The notes under the pieces are model-generated. The model was given only the letters and a program-made list of their open reading frames with translations, was not told the DNA's origin and ran no database searches. From Takakia lepidozioides (taxonomy: Eukaryota > Plantae > Bryophyta): a DNA stretch of 64,000 bases. The position numbers were made by a program, and so were the translations under genes. Below are positions 21,851 to 35,095 of this stretch, in pieces (position 1 is the first letter of the stretch; every line of letters starts with the position of its first letter). The stretch covers positions 29,450,001 to 29,514,000 of the forward strand of contig CM060732.1 of the NCBI GenBank assembly GCA_030704615.1, given 5' to 3'.

Positions 21851-22721
21851 TCGTTGTCTGTCCAATTTAGAGGTTTACTATTTCATGAGCAGAAACCATG
21901 AGCCATGAGCCATGAGCCGCATGAGCCGCATGAGCGGTGAGCCGAAGTCTAAGATACGCGGATTTCATGAGCGGACTCCTCCAAATTTGGAAATGCGGCA
22001 GATTAAACAAGTATTAAAATAATAGTTTTTTAATTTGACCTTGCCATTTTTGGACGTTCCAGATCATGTAATGCGGCGAAGATATGTCGTCAGTAACAAG
22101 TCCGCTCATGGTTTTTTAGATCCGCTCATGGAAATAAGTGACCGTGCAACGGGAAATCCAGTATACCACTGCAAAAGGACGTCGCATACTGGCCTGTATA
22201 GAGTATTCCGCGGTTTTACATGCCTTAACATTGGAATGAAGCTGACCCTTTTGCCGCGATTGAACCAATGGAGTCTGCACCAATACAGTCTGCAGTACTT
22301 CACAATTCTGTCTTCTTCGGGTATTCGGCGGGAAAGGTTTGCAACTGAACTGGGAAATAGGGTGCCGCATTAGGGTTCGCACGTGCGAAATTTCGGAGCG
22401 GTTTGGTGTTGGCGAAGGCCGCTCTCTGGGGGTACCTACGACGATACTTGAAATGCGGCGCCGCATTTCCTTGTCGGAGGTCGAATGAGGAAAGCAAGTT
22501 TTCGGAAAGCAGAAAAACATGAACCCTCCAACATACAAAAATACATGCACGTGGAAACAAGTGAACGATATAGTAATATCTTAGTTCGAGCAAAACAGGT
22601 TACTGGTAGGCAAGACATATGTCGGACCTTTGTGTGGCCAGAGTCTGAGGTACTGGCAGCAGTACAGTTCTACTATCCGAAAAGGATGGGCGTACCATTG
22701 TATGTTGACCGCAAGCCAAGC

Positions 22722-25700
22722 TCACTGGTCCCCTGGATCCATATTCAGAAGAGTGTCAACCTCCTGGGGGCTCAACCCTGGTGCATGTATGAAGTGATGA
22801 GTTGTGGAATTACAACGGAGTCTCTTTAGGTACACGTAGTACAAATGCTTGCAAGGGCAGTATGATGCCCCTTGTTCGCCATGATCTGGAAGTCGGTGCA
22901 ATTGCAGGTGGGTAATTCTGAAATGGTGATGGTGTACACCTCATTGCGAATAGCTGAGCCCGCCGTGGCCATCTGATACACACGCCCGAATCCTGGTGGG
23001 GGCACTTCTGTCGAGCTCTGGATTGTACAGTTCATCCGAAGTGCATTCCCCATCCTTGTCTCGTTCACTTTTGAGGGAGGTCGCCGCCTCTTTGGTTCCC
23101 CCAACGGTGTGTAGGATGCTTAGAGCTGTCGTGTCCCATTGTTCTTGCTCTCACAGGGGTTGGTGGTGGAGGCTGTGGAAGCGGAAATGGTTCTCTGGGG
23201 ACGTCAGTGCGCTGCACCATCCGAAATCCTGCGGCGGTAAGGGCGTTGGCCTCAACCTGACTCAGATCGCAGCCTGGTTCCACCGGCCACACCGGGGGAG
23301 CCTCTGGCATTGTTTGTATGCCGTACTTGGGCTTTCCATACACGCAAGTCATAATGTCGTGCCTGCAGAACCAGAACTGGGTGGTTGTCGCCTCCGCAAA
23401 CTTTGCATGGACAAATCTTCCTGTAAAAGTAGGAGCAGGGACAGCCCCATCTGGATTCCTCCTTATCATCTCTAAACAACGTTGCCGTGTATCCACACAA
23501 ATTGCGGAACACCTTCCTCGAAACGACGGCTTTGTGCGAGCAATTCTCCACTGTGATGCAGACACAGTCGTCTCCACAATGGCTTGGCCATACTGCATAA
23601 CAGCGGGCGGAATGTGGGGCAAGGGAGTGGTGGGAATTTGTTGCACGAAATCCCCGGTTGAAGGCGACGGCGATCTGGAATTTCTTGGGCTTCCACTGCT
23701 GGAAGACACATTGTGCGGCAACATGACGGGACCTCGAGGTGCTGTCCGAATGTTCCTGTCGGATCTCCAGGAATCCTCTTCGCACCCGGGTTCCTCTTCA
23801 ATCCTCCGCCTGACAGGGCGAGTCCGGACGTCCCCCTCTAGGTGTTCACCTCTGCGGTGCAGAGGCGTCCCTTTGATCTTCTCTCGCAATGCTGTCGCCC
23901 ATTTCACTGGATTCTTGGACCTCGAAGCTATTCGTACCAACAATTCCTCCCTGTCCGGCCCAACGCCCCATTGTTTGCTGCTCAGGAACTTGTAGTACGT
24001 GGCTTTAGGGTTTAGGGTTTAGGCTTTGTCTCCACTGCACCTGACATGTTCCACCAAGCCTCGATGATAGCAAACTTAACCTCCGAGTCATCAAATGTGG
24101 GTGCATCCTTCCACGCCGTACAAAGGACACGGTGTTCAGCCTGGAATGAGCTAGCAACAAATTTGGTAGTGTAGTGGGATAGACTCTGCATCCAATGGAA
24201 TCCACAGGATCTCTCTTTCCCCTCCATTGGAACATTGGGGTCCTCACCGTACACACGCCGCACCGCTGCCCAGTTGGCCTGAGCGTTGTCTGCCATGAAT
24301 CCCCTGAAATTGGGCTCTGGCAATCCCGCCCTTGCCATCTGCTCGTTTATGCCCTCCCACAGATGCATCTCGGACTGTGTGTCCTCCCCTTTCATCTCGC
24401 AGATTGCAATCGTCATGAGCCTCTTGGAGTGATAGTCATAAACATGCGCACCCATAGTCACCCACTGATGGTTTGTAATTCGCTTGATGTGATCAAACAT
24501 CACCCAAGCATTCGACAAGTTTCCAGTTGTCATGCGAGTGACCAAGTCGACTCCACTCCCAGGCCCACACGTCGACATTTTGAAAATGTAACAACGATCG
24601 GATTCGCTGCCTTGCCCTGGAAACCTGCTACCTTGGATGTAGTCATATCCAGTCATTCGTTTCACCTCCAGGATTGAGTACATGTCCGACCCCCTGCCGA
24701 ACTCCTGCTTGCAAGATACGATGTGATTCCGCACATTCGGACTACAAACGTGCGAGACAGACTCCAAGAGGTCCCGCATCTCGTCTTCGGTCAAGGGCTC
24801 TCGGTCGGAACCATCTTCAGACATGATTTTGCCAAGAGCAATCTTGTGAGCTGCCTTCAGCTGAATCTGCTTTGGTCTGTTCCGGGGCTCAATTTCACCT
24901 CCTCTTTTATGATGTCGTGTGCTTCCTGCACAGCCTCACGCATGTTGCCTCTCGCCAAGGGGTGGCAGTGGACCCCAACGTGTATGCAAGCTCTAGTCAA
25001 GTCCGGGAGCAAATGGATAACGTAGTATTGCTTGGCTCTGCACATGGACATGCACGTTGGTGGTTCTTTGCAATGTGCACACTTGAAAGAACCGCAGGAG
25101 GAGCTTGGCTGGAGACAATGAATGGATGATGCATTGTGCCAGTCCAATCCGTCTCGTTTCTCCGCCCTCCTTTGGAGAGAAAGTGGAAGCAGATGGGATT
25201 GAGGCACCTCAGCTTCCCCGCACAGAGGACGTATCGTACACGAACACCATCAGCAATTTTTGTGCTACTGGTCTTCGTCACACACCAGGGGTGTCCGTCA
25301 TGCTTTCGATCCATGTCTGTTAACATCCCGGAGGCTTTCTTTGACGAAGAAAAAGAAACAGGTGGAAACTGAAGATGACATTGCCATCGACTTGGGAGGC
25401 AGAAACGTTACCTTCTGACTGGGAATTTGGCATAGGAGAGAGCAGCCAGCTCGGAGCGAGAACCATCGAGGTGATGTTGTCGTAGGAGCTGCACAATGGA
25501 CCGGGTTGGAGTTGGAGTATGCTCGAGGGCACATTCGTAGCACCTACAGAGACGTCCATGCCGGATTGATTTAACGACGTGTGGAGGACATGGTACCTCA
25601 ATGCAATCATCTTCCTCGTCGGAAATGTCGAATACGTCCACACGAGAAGCTATGGAGGGTCTTGACGGTCCAGGTCGGGAATGATTATCGTTGATACCTC

Positions 25701-25841
25701 TCTGTTGGCAGTGGCCGCCTCTCGGTTTCCGGACTCTTTGTGGATGGTGTGGGCAGCGACTGATTCGGAAAGGGAATGGGCATTCCCACAGCTCGATACA
25801 GGATGGTGTCTGACGGGGGAACGTGCCATTCGATTCCGCAA
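22722..25841 (-). pseudogene. MULE transposase copy C with an internal deletion removing the catalytic Glu region
   Basis: ORF pieces 24012-24824 (DDE N-half), 23065-23943 and 22826-23104 (SWIM). About 304 bp missing relative to B (11393-11696). Confidence 0.85.
24004..24023 (+). repeat. Interstitial plant-type telomere repeat (TTTAGGG)2TTTAGG at a deletion junction
   Basis: GGC-TTTAGGGTTTAGGGTTTAGG-CT-TTGTCTCC. Absent from copy B at this position. Confidence 0.9.
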
Positions 25842-26469
25842 CCTCCGTCGTTCCTAGCACGACAATGGTTCTGAACTGTCCAGGAACATCCTTCCTTTCT
25901 TCTTCCAAATAAAACTGTGCCCGGTTGAGCTTGAATTTGGAACAAAGGTAAGTTTCAGTCACTCTGCAAAGCCCTCCTCGTTTGGGATCCAGGCTCTCCC
26001 AAGTTGCAGAGGACAAAAAACTATAGCGTAGGAATTCGGAGCCATCGAACACCAACGCACGGAGTTGGCAAGTGCGAGGTTCAGTATAGCGACAGACCAA
26101 GGCTCACGGCACCATCTAAGTGGATCTGCGGAGTCCCGCGACGATTGGAAGTCGCACATTGAAGTGGAAAGTATTGTTTTCAAGCTACATGCATGAAGGT
26201 GGGGGTTGATTCCATAGCCAGTGAGTATGACAATGATGGCCGATTCGGCGACGAAATAACACCCCAGACAGTTCTCCTGAGGGTGGATACAGCCGTATTC
26301 TCGGTGCAGGACAGAACCGTTCGCACTGACAAGTGTGCAAGGGATGCTGGTTAAACTGCAGACAACCAAGTTGTGCTCATCAAGACTGGCCGCAATTGTG
26401 TTGTTTCGGAACAATGCAACCAATTCAGGTCCAGATTCAGCCCGAGTGATTCTTTCGATGCTGGTGGTG

Positions 26470-28260
26470 GACGAAAAATACGGCGCCGCATTCCGTATGC
26501 ATCTTGGTCATGCACCAGAAGCGACGGAAATGCGCAACACGAGTTTCCTTCCGGGGGAAACTTTTATACTCTCCAGAACGGAAATGCGGGGTAACGCATT
26601 TCCATCCAGCAAGCACGGTATGTGAAGGTCGAACGGAAATGCGGTACCGCATTTCCGTTCTGATTGAGATTTATGAACAACGGAACAGAATGCGGCACCG
26701 CATTTCCGTCCGAGTCGCACTTTTCCGACATTTCAGAACGGAAAAGCGCCGCGCCCGCATTTCCATTTTGTATCTGATGCATGGAGCTGAGGGATTGAAA
26801 TGCTGCAGCACATTTCCGTCCTTAAAAGACATTCATACTCTCCAGAACGGAAATGCGGTACCGCATTTTCATTCCACAAGCACGGTATGTGAAGGTGGAA
26901 CGGAAATGCGGTACCGAATTTCCGTTCTGATTGAGATTTACGAACAACGGGAACAGAAATGCGGCACCGCATTTCCGTCCGAGTCGCACTTTTCGACATT
27001 CCAGAACGGAAATGCGGCGCCGCATTTCCATTTTGTATCTGATGCATGGAGCCGAGTGCGATTCCGACAGCTTCATACAGCGCAATTCCGACCGCTTGAG
27101 ACATTCATACTATCCAGAACGGAAATGCGGCAACGCATTTCCGTTCTGACTGAAAATCGTGAACCATCTGAACTAAAATGCGGCACCGTATTTCCATCCG
27201 AGTCGCACCTACCAACATTTCAGAACGAAATGCGGTACCGCATTTCCGTTCTGACTGAAAATCGTGAACCGTCGGAACTGAAATGCGGCAACGCATTCCA
27301 TCCGAGTCGCACCTCCCAACATTCCAGAACGGAATGTATTAGATTCAAAAGGGAAATGCGCCCCGCATTTCCGTTCTGATGAAATAAATATCCTGAAACC
27401 TCGGAACTGAAATGCGGTACCGCATTTCCGTGGGAGTCGCACCTTCCGACATTCCAAAACGGAAATGCGGCGCCGCATTCCGTTTTGTATGTGAGGCATG
27501 GAGCTTTGGAACGAAAATGCGGCACGGAATTTTCCGCCAGCGTCAGACGTTAATACTCTACAGAACGGAAATGCGGTAACCGCATTTCCATTCTGACTGA
27601 AAATCGTGCGCAACGGGAACAGAAATCCGGCACCGCATTTCCGTTCGAGTCGCACCTTCCGACATTCTAGAACGGAAATGCGGCGCCGCATTTCCGTTTT
27701 GTATATTGGGCCTGGAGCGGTTGCTACGAAATGTGTACCCGCATTTCCATCCATGTGAGACCTTCAAACTTTCCGGACCGGAAATGCGGCACCGCATTTC
27801 TGTCCAGGTGAGACCTCTATACTTTCCCGAACGGAAATGTGGCACGACATTTCCATTCATCATCTAACGGATGTGAAATGGGAACGAAAATGCGGTACCG
27901 CATTTCCGTTCACATTGAAAATCATGAACCACGGGAACTGAAATGTTGTGCCTCATTCCCGTCCAATCGCACCTTTCGACATTCCAGAACGGAATGCGGC
28001 GCCGCATTTCCCTTTTGAATCTCATACTTGGAGCTGTGGGACGGAAATGCGGCACCGTATTTCCGTTCAACAACTAAGGTAAGTGAAGGTGGAACGGAAA
28101 TGCGGTGCCGCATTTTCTTCCAACAAGTACGGATGTGTAGCAGAGTGATCGTACTTAACGGAAATGCGGCGCCGCATTCGCATTTTCGCTCCAACTGATC
28201 AGACGCTGGGACGGATATACCTTGAAATGTGAACACGTGGAGCAACGGAATTGCTGCACA
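26470..28260. repeat. Central palindrome array (copy C)
   Basis: Same repeat and spacer types as in B and D. Confidence 0.9.
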
Positions 28261-28617
28261 TGTCGGCACTCTATCTGACTGAAGGGGCATGAGGCGGCGC
28301 GGCCTGACCGTTCGATAATGATGTTTGTTTTTCGGGCAGGCGTACCCTCAACGATTCGAATTTCGTAATGACGCAAACTCCCCGAGGAGACACTTTCGTC
28401 CAACCCTTTCGAACCCAAGTGGTGCATCACCGCCGTTTCATCTACTTTTGTCGTGTCTCCTCAGTCACCCCTCTCTCGCGCCCTTCTTTCCATCTGCACT
28501 TTTGGCCCTTTTCCCTCTCTCTGTTCTTCTTATGCTCGAACCTGAGAGGGGGGGTTCGTGCACCACAGCCAGAGACCTCGTCGCAAGCTCCGGAAATTAT
28601 ACTTCGGACGTAGGCCA

Positions 28618-31600
28618 ATGCCCGAAGGGGAGGAAGCAGATGCGTCTACAGGAGGAGATTGCCATCTCCGAGCAGCAGGCCACTCAGGCACCCAGCCACC
28701 AGTGAGAGCTCCATGCGATCATCGGGCTGCGCGCAGCTGATCGAGCACCGAACCCCCCATTTTGCTTCTGTAATTCTTAGACTGAATGCTAGGAGACTTG
28801 AATGCAGAACATGTTTGCATGCCTAACAGGAAAAGGTGGACGTGCTGGAGGGATCGCAGGAATCCGAAGAGCCGCAGGAAGAGTCCGAGGAGCTAGCTGC
28901 AGCACGTACACCCACCCGATCCCTGAGCGCGGGTATTCCTCCTGCCGGCCTAGCCCTCTGCGATTCAAAGACGCGTCTTCGAAGGGCAAGTTCAAAGTCC
29001 CAGAGATCGACTCGCGTTCTTCGGTCATGGAGAATCGCCAGCAGGGGGTCGGGCCCTTCTCCAGCAAAGTCGAAGAAGAAGCAGCCCGTCCCTCTACTGG
29101 CTTCTGAACCGGCTCAGGCCGATTCACCCCCCCCAACGCGAATGAAGCAGCAGGGTAGAAGACAGATTCAATTGCAGAGCATCAGACACCTTCACCTGCA
29201 AGGATGAGGAAGCAGAAGGCAATCAGGGCGACGGGCCAACAATCTCCCGCAAAACCGCTTCCACGAGCTGAAGCTCAGTTCCTGGAGGATTTCCCGCCTG
29301 CAGATGTTGGGGCCGACTCTGCTGCAGCGAAGGCAATGGGATCGACCGTTGATCTCGATTTGGTACCGAGAGGGTGGTGCCCCGCTCAACTTTCGCAGCA
29401 AGACCTCACCACCGATGCAAGCAGGCCCGGAGGAGGCCTCTGCAATGGCAGAATTGCCCGCAACAGGCCCCAGAGTGCAGCTCCAGTTGAGGAGGATGCT
29501 CCAGCTGCCAGCCACTACCGCACCTACAGACATGTCTCCGGAGGATTTCAAAAGCACAGCGGATAAAATGTTGGAGGAGACACACAGTAGCATTGGCAGA
29601 GTTCTGGGCAGCAGGGTATTCCCCAGCGGACTCTTCGAATCCCACTCTGTCGCATGTCTCTCCCTTCCCCATCGTCGTCAGGCAGGCCCTTCCCGGAGAT
29701 GTGGATAAGCTCAAGTTCGCATTTCGAGAAGGGTACCGTCTGGGATCGGCAGCGTTTTACTTTTCCATTGAGAATGAGGACGGCGAAACTCGTGGACCCA
29801 CTGCCGATGAATTGTCAACGTGGGATACCCACTGGCACACTCGCAACCACGATTCGAGGCGACGCTGAAGGGTGATCCCGACTTTCGGCCATATGTCGGT
29901 AAAAATGTTCTTTGTGTGGGACGGGAATCACCGACTTCTCGCCTGGTGGGAGTACATCAGCAGAACCATGCCAAGCACATTGGCTGGCATTACATGGTGG
30001 AGTGTGTCATCCTGAAGGTGAAGGCGGCAGACTCCTCCTGCTCAAGAATGCCATGGCGGACCTCAACTCGTAAGATACTCATACCCTCCCCTAGCACGTT
30101 CGAAATGCGGTGCCGCATTTCGGTTTCCATTCTGGTTTGTTTTCCGTGCTTCCGTGTACTGAACTGGAGAGTGTGCCTTGCAGGGTCACTGAAAATGCGT
30201 ACGTGCATACCCACATGGCACACATGCTGTACAGGGTGAGGAAACTGGTCTCACTGATCCGCAGATGTTTGCGGAAATGCTGGAGCCCGAGCTCATTCAG
30301 AAGCCGTTGCAAAAACAGACCGGACATGGTATCGTCTCACTATGGATGGAATGGTTGAGGTGATATACGAAGTAGTCGTCCTCCAATTTCCCCTCTCTCA
30401 TCCTTCCCCAATTTTAAGTAATGTTTCCACATGAATCGAATGTAACGCTTCTCTGCATTGTTTTGTTGGCAGTCAAACATCAAGCTGGATTTGGCCCATG
30501 CCAAACGCTTCTCCATGGAAAGTGAGGGGCAGTGTCAAAAACGCTGCAGTCATTGACTGAGCACTTGAAGGAAGCCGGTGTCAAGTCCAGAACCAAATAC
30601 AAGTCAAAGCTTTGTGAAGCTGGTGGCAATTGCAGATCCGGCACTTGGAAAGGACTTCCATCCCCGAGATTGCAAAACAACTATTCTCGGCCATGCAGCC
30701 GACCATGCAATTGGAGAAACTGCATCACCTCTCAACGGCATGTGTGGAGGCGAAAGAGAAGGTGAGGTTTTCAATGCACTGAAGTTCCTTCCTAGCAATA
30801 GCCATCTCTTCCAGCTCCTGACATTGGATCGGAAATGGCAGACACGGTGGCTGTCGATCTGGAATGCATCCGAGAGCATAAGGACAATGTGGTCTTTTCC
30901 ACTCGAAGTTTCCGACCCTGCAGTGGATGTGTGGCTCAAACGGTATGACTTGGTGGTTCCAGGTAATTCAAGTACTTCCCCAGATTTGCTTTTCTGAACA
31001 TGAATTCCCTGAACTGCTACCGTGACAATGGATTTTGGGAATCGCAGGTAATGTCGAATGCGAAGGAGCAAGTCGTAATGCACACAAATTCGTTCGGCTT
31101 GTACGTCAAATGGGATGGAACACAGACATTGGAAGACTACGTGACACGTTTCAGATGTGCGTACAAGGACAAACCTTTTTCGCCAGAGAGCTACAGACAA
31201 CAAGAGGAGCTGTGGAGTTTACACATCAGGAGGGAGCTGGGAAAGCTGCAATGCGAATTGTTTACAGGTGAAGCACAGCTGCCCTGTATGCGAAGCCTGG
31301 TTTACGACGGGTTTGTCTCGGAAATGCGGCACCGCATTCGCATTTTATGTTTTTTGGTGGCACTCTGCCAGTAGGTTGGTCTCAACTTTTGCTCACGCAT
31401 GCTGACTGCCTTGCAGTATATGAAATACGTGCTCCTTCAGACAGGGGCCCTGGCTCAAGAGCCCCGCTTCTTCATGGCTTGGACCGTGGCGGGCCCAAAG
31501 CTGTGTCTACACACCCGAGATGCAGAAAATGGCATCCCGCGCATCTCGTTGGATGCCCGTGGTACCTGGACATGTCTGGGCGTATTGTTGACGAGTCTGA

Positions 31601-33809
31601 GAAGATCTGCACGCCTTGGCAGAAGAGAAGAGAAAGGAAGAGACGTGTCCTTGCCTGGGCTGGGCCAAAGTCGGCAAAGAATCTGCTGCTCTGGAAGAAT
31701 CCAGAAGGCAGCTGAGATGCACAAAAGACGTGGATGCAGCTGTGCAGGCCCACAGAAGGGGTCGAAGAAGAGGGACTCGCCAGCAAGGAGCAGCTGTTGT
31801 GACAACCCGCCAAAACGAAGAAGCAAAACAGCCTGTTCAGGAAGAGGGTGAGGAAGAGGGACTCCGATGGAGACTTTGCAACCAGCCCACCCCCCCAAAC
31901 GCAGGCTGCCTCCCTGTGCCCACCGTTGTCACCAGAGGCACGAGAACTGGCTCGGCAAAACGAAGGCACTCTTCAACCCCCCAGGGGGGCACCCTTTCGA
32001 GCCGGTGGAAATGAAGAGGCCGAAAGTGGCTCCTGAAAACTGTAGTCCAGTGGTAAATGAGAGTTTCTTGGCGGCTTTGGATGGACGGGCAGCCAAGTTG
32101 CATACCTGAAGACCATGGAGGGTCTGAAGGGCAGAGCACTGAAGAAGGCGACTGCCGAAGAGCCCTTCCAACACCCCAGGATTTCAGAATATGGTCTCGT
32201 TCTTTGAGAGGGTGTGTGGCAGACAAGGATTGTAGGAGGGGCGAAATGCCACCGAGTGGTCTTGCGATATGATCATCTTGGATATTCCCGGACGGAGAGC
32301 CTGTGGAAGGACTGCAAGCTTTGCCATCTTGGAACAGGTACTCGGAGGACTTTTGGAAGAAAGGATTTGGGCTTGCCCGCATGGTGTTGGACGACAGAGG
32401 CTGTGTGGTTGTCCTGGCGAGCAGAGGAAAAACACTCAGACCTGGATTGCGAAGTGGACCCGCAAGAGCGCCGTCCCCGATTCTGAAAAAAGAAGTGGAC
32501 GTGCATCAACACACTGGGGCCTTCGTCGGAAGGGAAGAAGGTGATTAACGACACTGGCATCGTCCATTCATTGCTTGGGTGTTTTCAAATGCGGTGCCGC
32601 CTTCGGTTTCTAATCGTTTTCCCCCTTGTGTATGCAGACGAAGCAGTTTCGATGCATACTGCTTTGTGAAGGAGAACTCCACCTTTGCTTTCCGGAAGGA
32701 GGGAGGAAATGTTGACCCGAACTGCGACCACTCGATTACGACTTCTGTTCAACAACGTTCCCAAGGAACTTCTCCTCATAGCCCTCACTTCAACGGAACC
32801 CCTGCGGTACTCACGGACTCTCGGAGCCCTGCCTTCATTCATACAATTATGGAGACATGCACAGACGTGGAGGGCCACAGTGCTTCGACCATCATCTGTG
32901 GGACAGGTATGCAGAATCTTGATCTCATGCTGTTATCTGCAATTCTCGTTAGGATGTAGTTTCCGCAACATCTGAAGCGCCATGTGGTAATGTGTGGATG
33001 GCATTGTACATGGTGCCTCATTGTGGGCTGGGTGGGGGTTTTTTCCGACCGCACCACCTCTTTGCCTACGAGGAGGATTCCTCCGTGTGGGGATCCCATC
33101 TGGAGGGGGCTGCAACGGAATGTGAAGGCTCCCTCCTAGCGCGAGTCTTCCTCTTATTCGGAATTCTCGGAGTCCGAGGAAGACACAGTGGGGACATTGA
33201 TGCGAGGAGAACCCGGAATAACGAGTGAGTGCAAACATTTGTAAGTTTGGCAAAGCCTTCTTGGTTCATTTATGTCAAACGAATTTTCCCGACTGTGGTT
33301 CTCATTAGTCTCGTTGATGATTGGTTTCATGTGCAGGATAGCAAGGTCCGGGTCGAAACATGTATGGCCTACACTTCCTGCCAGGAAGAATGTCCCGTTC
33401 TTTGCGAGGGCCGATTTTCATGACGAGCCCGGTGAGGGACTACTCCCTTCCTAGTTATCAGCTAAACTCGCAATACAGCGATTAGAAGAAGTGAGAATCC
33501 CAGTAAAGTAGAGCAGATTTTTGGAGAGGGCTAGGAGGGGGACAGAAGGATAAGGAAAGAGTTGGCAGCAGCTCAAGACGGTAGACGGGTACGAAGTACA
33601 TATGTGATTCACAGCGGATGAGAGCGACGCAGACAGGAGGAAGACGACCCAACGGAGGTGAGTGGACAGTTTCCGCAAGGGGAAGATGGATTTTCGAAAG
33701 CCCTGGCCACGAGCAGTCCCGCTGGAGTATGAGAGAGGCACTGAGGGTGTGGAGGATGAGCAGGACAGTCCTAGAACAGGATGAGGATTCGGATGATTTT
33801 CAAGATTAA
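28618..33809 (+). pseudogene. ParB-MTase gene copy C (many indels, probably in part sequencing error)
   Basis: Collinear with 16007-21116. DGNHR near 29920, DIP near 32281, ends DDFQD*. Confidence 0.7.
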
Positions 33810-34595
33810 TAGAATTTTAATGAAGTCTCTGTAAATGTAAATTCTCTTCCAGAGTATATAAAGGAATTCTTCTGCCCGACATTCCGTGACCCCTCTCCTC
33901 CAGTGTGCATTCCAGCCACACAATCGCCCCAAACCACGACGCCTCCCAAATCAGAAATGGGTGCAGGCACCGCATTTCCAAAACAGGGGAGGGACTAATT
34001 TTTCCATTCAATGTTGGCATAGTAAAAGTAATCTGAATTGGAATGCGGTGCCGCATTTCCAAAATTCCCTTTGTCCACCACGCCAGTTTTGGCCTCTCCC
34101 GCTCATCGCATGATGCCAACCACGCTTACAGAGGTCGAACACGAGGTCGAACAAGGAGTCGAGATGGCGGGATTGAAATGCGGTGCCGCATTCATTATTG
34201 GGGATGGTCGTTTGTTTCGAACTGCAGGCCCATCCGCAAAAAATTGGCACCGCATTTTCATGTAAAAAAAGTCGATGACGGACATGGAAATGCGGCGCCG
34301 CATTTCCCAAACGGACATCGCAATTTTGTCCATTTGCAGACCCTCTCTCGAAAATGCGGTAAACGCCATTCCATTCGCGCTGGTCGGAATGTCACACTTT
34401 TTTCGAAGTGTTTTTGATAACGGAATGCGGCACCTCAATGCCCAACCCGCATTCCCTTTTGTCCAAAAAGAAGTTTCCATTGCACCAAGCTTTGAAATGC
34501 CGTTCGCCCTGCCTTTCTTGCCACATGCTCAACCTTCGTTTTCTCCGATCAATTGTATAGACCCCCCGTTGTTGGTAATTTCGTGTCCTCTGGCA

Positions 34596-35095
34596 NNNNN
34601 NNNNNNNNNNNNNNNNNNNNNNNNNNNNNNNNNNNNNNNNNNNNNNNNNNNNNNNNNNNNNNNNNNNNNNNNNNNNNNNNNNNNNNNNNNNNNNNNNNNN
34701 NNNNNNNNNNNNNNNNNNNNNNNNNNNNNNNNNNNNNNNNNNNNNNNNNNNNNNNNNNNNNNNNNNNNNNNNNNNNNNNNNNNNNNNNNNNNNNNNNNNN
34801 NNNNNNNNNNNNNNNNNNNNNNNNNNNNNNNNNNNNNNNNNNNNNNNNNNNNNNNNNNNNNNNNNNNNNNNNNNNNNNNNNNNNNNNNNNNNNNNNNNNN
34901 NNNNNNNNNNNNNNNNNNNNNNNNNNNNNNNNNNNNNNNNNNNNNNNNNNNNNNNNNNNNNNNNNNNNNNNNNNNNNNNNNNNNNNNNNNNNNNNNNNNN
35001 NNNNNNNNNNNNNNNNNNNNNNNNNNNNNNNNNNNNNNNNNNNNNNNNNNNNNNNNNNNNNNNNNNNNNNNNNNNNNNNNNNNNNNNNNNNNNNN
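34596..35095. other. Assembly gap (500 N)
   Basis: Run of N. Confidence 1.

Larger units (their letters stand above)
9267..21869. mobile_element. MULE element copy B (left end, transposase, array, ParB-MTase gene; right end missing)
   Basis: Starts GAGGTTTACTATTTCATGAGC. Copy C begins with the same terminus 12,603 bp later. Confidence 0.9.
21870..34595. mobile_element. MULE element copy C, tandem with or inserted in copy B, running into the assembly gap
   Basis: Same terminus and collinear with B. Indel density rises toward the gap. Confidence 0.85.

Noticed and set aside
25300-34595. Dense frameshifts as biological decay or programmed frameshifting
   Set aside because: Mostly single-base indels increasing toward the contig end, typical of low-coverage long-read consensus error.
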